A stretch of DNA of 64,000 bases from assembly GCA_012295275.1 (NCBI GenBank), contig CM022676.1, positions 11,780,001 to 11,844,000 on the forward strand, in the 5' to 3' direction. Position numbers and translations under genes: made by a program. Numbering within the stretch: position 1 is the stretch's first letter; each line of letters opens with the position of its first letter. Source of the DNA: Chrysomallon squamiferum. Lineage: Eukaryota > Animalia > Mollusca. The notes under the pieces were generated by a model, which saw only the letters and a program-made list of their open reading frames with translations, ran no database searches and was not told where the DNA came from. This document shows, piece after piece, positions 58,745-64,000 of the stretch.

Positions 58745-58894
58745 CTATTCTTAGAACTGTTAAGACAGTGATGTCACTGTTTTGTAAGAAAAGATGTCAC
58801 AGTGACAGGTCACTATTCTGTTCAGAAAGACACGTCACCACCAGTTAGTGGCCCAGCCAGCAGTTTGATGGAGTTCTATAAATAGATCATCTGA
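58745..58894 (+). repeat. Dispersed direct repeat, copy 1
   Basis: ctattcttagaactgttaagacagtgatg...ctataaatagatcatctga is near-identical to 62442-62647. Confidence 0.92.
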
Positions 58895-59519
58895 GACTGG
58901 TTACCATGCCACCAGATAGTTCCAGTTAGAAAGAGATTTGTGAGGATGCTGGAAGACGATGTTTAACTCACAACAGACAGCTCATAATTGTTTTAAAGAA
59001 GAATAATAAAAAATAAATTTTATTAGACGAAGCAGAAAGTGACAGTGTGTGTGCGTGTGTGTGTGTGTGTTACAGATGAAGAATGTGTCGAGATCTGACT
59101 AAATTGTTATATAAACTTTGTTTTCTGTCTTTCTTTTTTATTAATTTTCCAGTCTGTTTTTAAAATACAGATTTACCAGCTGTTTTGGCTACGAGTTGTT
59201 TTTGTTTCATCTTTCTCTCGTTTTTGCTGTCTCTCTCCCCCCCCCAATGTACACATACACAAATGGACACGATCAAATACTGTCTTTGCCTGTCCCTCAC
59301 ACACAAACATCCTATCCATTTTCATGGATTTTGAACGTTGTATACAATAATACATTATTCAAGTTTACATTTGGCAAAAGTTTTGTATGTCGTATCTTGT
59401 TTGTCAAAAAAATCAGCCGATCTTATGACGTGTTAAAGTCGATGAAAAATACATGTTAAACATTAGTGGCCCATAACCTAACAATTCAAAAAATAAAGTA
59501 AAATAACAACAACAACAAC

Positions 59520-59574
<55 letters not shown>

Positions 59575-60594
59575 GCAATTATTATTATTCAGTAAGATGT
59601 ATCGTTTTAAATATGGTTATCCGTAGACCAAAATAAATCGTTATACCAAGTTTTTCATTGAACGTCGATTTCTTAACAAACGGGCATATCAAATTCACAC
59701 TTTATTAAAAAAAAAGTAATTTGCACATTTGTTCACTGTGAATTAATTCAAGTAACCAATTTTATTTTATTTTTTTATTATTATTTCTTAAATCTTTTTT
59801 ATTTTAAAGTTGTTGAATGATCCTGAAGGTAAAATACATTGTTTCCAGGAAGTTGTTTTAGCCATTATAATCTCAGAGACATATACTCTTTGTCATCAAA
59901 ACTTCTTACATTTTCTTTTTTAATGTATGATTATAATTTAAGGAATTGGGATACTTGTCACATCCTAAAGTGGGGAAAAAGATGAAATATTAGAAAGAAA
60001 AACAATTTGATTAGTTGAATATGTCACATGATCTTAATCACTATAACAAGAAACGAAACTGGTTTGCGGAAGAATTTAGAATTTATTATTTAAATTTCGT
60101 CTGTCTGAAAACCATAAATTTCGACTGATCATAAAAGACAGAAAAATCGTTTAAGTACAGAGTTTACATCCACTTACAAAACAATTTCAAGTAAGTTGTC
60201 ATATTTATAATGTTTTTGTTTTATATTTGTCATGATTGCCAGGGGAGACTACTTGTATCTAGGAAACTACGTTCAATATTTTAAGTTTCAACTTCGATGT
60301 TGGGAAATGTCTGTAGTGAGGAAAATCAGTTCTGTTTTAAATATTTTCGTTTGCTATAAGTATTACAAAACAAACTTTTTTTTGTTAAATAATCATAAAA
60401 TACTGCTTATTCATTTTATTATCTAGTCGCAAAGTGAGATTCGTAATACAAAAGAAAACTTGTATTCATAACAATTTAAACGCTTTTTCAGATAGTAACC
60501 AGTAAGTATTTTTGATTTCTTGTTATGAATGCACATGAGATAATGTATTTGGATTGGTAAGTCACAGATAACTTGTTTTATTAAACATTATTCT

Positions 60595-60691
<97 letters not shown>

Positions 60692-61085
60692 TTCTAGTTA
60701 TATCAGTTTGTTTAGGTCTTTTATTTCAGTAACTAATATTTACTAGTATTACAAAACTCAATAATAATTAGAATAAATAAAAATCTGATTTTAATCTTTT
60801 CTTCACTCAGGTCAAACTGATTTCAGGTTATTCTAAAATTACAAAACTTTTGTTATTCTTGCAAACAACAACAATAGCAATAGTAACTAAAAAAAAATGT
60901 AGAAATGAAATCTGTAAATTAATGTATTTTTTCAGTCAGGCTGAACAGTATCAGTATCGAATATCTAAGATTACTTAAGCTTTTGTTACTAATTCCTGGG
61001 AAAAAAAAAAAAAAAAAAAATATGAAAAAAATTTTTATAAAGAAATAAAAACTATGGTCTGTTGTTATTTTTCTCCATTAGATAA

Positions 61086-62086
61086 ATGATGTCGGGATCA
61101 TCGTGTTCCATTTGTCTGGATTGTTTTTCTCGCCCAGTTGCTTGTATTCCGTGCGGCCATGTTTTCTGTGACAAGTGCATCAGTCAGTGGCGGAATTCAG
61201 GCCGGAATTGCCCAAACTGTCGAGAATGCATCAGAGACACCCAGAAAATTATCTCGGAAATCAGCGATAGTAAGTTGAGTCATCTGACAAGACAGACAAA
61301 CAGTGTCTACAGACAGAGCAAGACACATAAACAGAAAGAGACAAACATTCATAGGAAAACGGTTTAATACAAAAAACACGTACATAAATGTTGCATACTC
61401 AAACATAAACGGGTACACATAGACATTCACACAGACAGACACATGCATTACGTTGAGCTAACACTGATGCACTTTGACTGTTATTAAATTTGTTATTTAA
61501 ACACACTGAAAGACAGTTCACTGACACACACGTAGACACACATACAGGCGTCATGCTGAACGGGACTGACACATATCAACATCACAACATTTGTTTTTTT
61601 TCAGACAATGTGAGGAAGTCATGGAAGGATGAAGATTTCAAGACGAAGGTTTTCACTGTTTTTATCTTCGTGCTGTTTGTGTCACTGTTAATAGTGGATG
61701 TGAAAAGTGAACACGGATTTGTCCGCGGCTGTCTCCTTCCAGTCTTCGAGCTCATTTTCGACGCAGCCTGTCGTGTCTCCTCCCTACTTCTCTTCATCCT
61801 CACACGCCCAGTTTTGTGCCTGGGTCGCTGTCTGGGTGAAATATGCTGCATGTTTTCAGACATCTTCCTTGGCCTGTGGCACACACTCGTAACTGTTATA
61901 AAAGACGCCATTATGGTTCCCGTGGTGATTATGACATTCATTGCAAATATAATTGTTCTTTTCGTCAGCTTCTCTGCTGAGATTGCGTTATTGTTCTTGC
62001 GGTTGTTCTTTGTGGTAGTGCAGTGTGCTGCCATCGCTGGTGTGATAAAAGCTATCTTTCAATCGAAACCAGTGAAGTCGACTTAA
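61086..62086 (+). CDS. C3HC4 RING-finger protein with a hydrophobic multi-TM C-terminus (putative membrane E3 ligase)
   Basis: Exon 61086-61269 encodes CSIC..CGHVFCDKC..W..CPNC with donor a|gtaagt; exon 61605-62086 (phase 1) encodes several hydrophobic segments; candidate 5' UTR donors at ~60191 and ~60502. Confidence 0.85.
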
Positions 62087-62441
62087 ATAACAGCAGACAG
62101 AAGTACAGCAAAGAGAAGAATCATAAACTGTTAAATTAATTATATCTGTGATAAAAAAAATATTTGCTCATTTTATTTTTATTGTTTTGTTTGATATAAT
62201 TTGTAATTTTATCTTTATTATTATTATTATTATTATTCCTGTTTTTGTTTTATTATTGTTATTTGTAAATGAAATAAAAGTAAAATTACATTGATCGTTA
62301 AAGACACAGAATTTGATATTTACAACTCTGCTTCATATAATTAATAATTTCTGAAATTTAAAATTATTGAAAACATATCAGTGTGTAAAGAAAAGAAATA
62401 GGTTTCGATAGCAACAGCTGTAACAGTTTTTTTGTTTTTTA

Positions 62442-62647
62442 CTATTCTTAGAACTGTTAAGACAGTGATGTCACTGTTTTGTAAGAAAAGAGATGTCACT
62501 AACTGTTAAGAGACAGAAATCTCTGTTCTAAGAACTGTTAAGATGTCACAGTGACAGGTAGGTCACTATTCTGTTCAGAAAGACACGTCACCACCAGTTA
62601 GTGGCCCTGCCAGCAGTTTGATGGAGTTCTATAAATAGATCATCTGA
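62442..62647 (+). repeat. Dispersed direct repeat, copy 2 (with ~55 bp of extra internal sequence)
   Basis: Matches 58745-58894 at both ends. Confidence 0.92.
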
Positions 62648-62799
62648 TAAAAAATTTAAAACAGTAAAAATAGTAGTGTTTAAAAAGGAAAACTGTGTGG
62701 AATGTAGTGTCCTGTTTTTTTGTGTGTGTGTTTTAAGAAGAAGAGTTCTTTGTAATTTGTTTTAATATTCATTCATTTGTCTAGTGATTCATCACAGTT

Positions 62800-63005
62800 A
62801 TGTTTTAATACTGTCTGTTCTTCCATGCATCTGTTCATTCTTTCATTCATCAATGGATCTAAATTTATCTGTTCTTCCATCCATTCATTCATTCATCAAT
62901 GGATCTTAATTTATCTGTTCTTCCATCCATCTATTCATTCATCAATGGATCTTAATTTATCTGTTCTTCCATCCATTCATTCATTCATCAATGGATCTTA
63001 ATTTA
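62800..63005. repeat. ~46-bp tandem repeat (4 copies)
   Basis: Unit atctgttcttccatccattcattcattcatcaatggatcttaattt. Confidence 0.88.
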
Positions 63006-64000
63006 GCTGTGTTTTATTTGTCATGTGGTTGTTTTAATTCAGTCTTTATTCATCATGTTAGTGATATCAAGTAACACAGTCATGTTTTTTGTTTTGCAGT
63101 TTTATATGGCGTCATTTATTTTAATACCAAACTGGAAAATGTAAACTGATGTAAAGATTAAACATATTTTCAGGTGAACTGAACTTTGAACTGAGCTAAA
63201 GTGAACAAAATAGAACTAAATATTTTGTTACCTGTATTTTTCTGTGATATTTTATCTAAAGATGTACATTTTTATTTATCACACCTTACAGAAGAAATAA
63301 AACTTAAAATGTTTTGAATTTCTTAATTTTCACTGATTTATTAGTGATTGTGACTGATAGCTGTCTGTCTTTGTGATATTAGTGATAGTCACTGATAATT
63401 GTCTGCCAGTATTAGTGACAGTGACCACTTATCATGCTGACGTTAATACTTTTATATAGGTGATATTAGTCATAGTGACGTGACAATGCATTTATCTTGT
63501 GAGTTGCGATAGTGTTTATTTGGTGACTGTGATTGTGACTGGCAGTCTTCTGTTTGTGACTGACAGTGATCACATTTTGTGATATTAGTGATTGTGACTG
63601 ATCACATTCTGCGCGAGAGAAGATGTCTGTGTGACTGTCACACGCTGATCTGTGGCAGAAGTAGACAAAAGATTATCTACTCACTCTGCTGATGTACGTA
63701 CACATCATTTGTCATACTGTTGACATTTTCCAGTACTGACTGGAGTACTGGATTTATTATTTCATCCTTGACTGCTTAAGGTTTCATTTACATATATTTA
63801 GAAACAAACAAACAAACAAAAAGAAAAAGATTAAAAATAAAAAAATAAAAAAATACTTGTATAAATACAGACATTTAAAAAGCTGAAGAAGTAAACGTTA
63901 TTTCAAAATTTTGTTTATATCTGTTTCATTATGGACTTTTTTCATCTTATTTTAGTAAGAGAAATAGGAAATGATACCCCACTATAGAATTTATATATCT

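Noticed and set aside
58745-62647. LTR retrotransposon
   Set aside because: No TG..CA termini, PBS/PPT or gag/pol; the interior is an intron-containing RING gene.

Overview
AT-rich, intron-dense animal (invertebrate-type) genomic DNA; not prokaryotic, so most long ORFs in the track are repeat read-through. Splicing by hand gives five genes: (1) the 3' part of an Ig-domain receptor tyrosine kinase whose catalytic motifs are degenerate, so probably a pseudokinase (+, 182-13589); (2) a CEP295-like centriolar protein (-, 27323 to about 18435, with an apparent frameshift near 19090); (3) GPR89/Golgi pH regulator (-, 36585-29231), carrying a U12-type intron with unusual AT-AG ends; (4) a USP25/USP28-family deubiquitinase (+, 37232-57116), head-to-head with GPR89; (5) a small C3HC4 RING plus multi-TM gene (+, 61086-62086), flanked by a ~150-200 bp direct repeat. 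The dominant unexplained signal is that roughly 30 exon-intron junctions in four unrelated genes have been tandemly amplified into the adjacent intron. Each array has its own unit (21-260 bp) made of that junction's splice site, often with exon sequence. Several arrays are chains of GT...AG mini-introns joined by AG|GT points, and some copies may preserve older exon alleles. All coordinates were read manually and may be off by a few bases.
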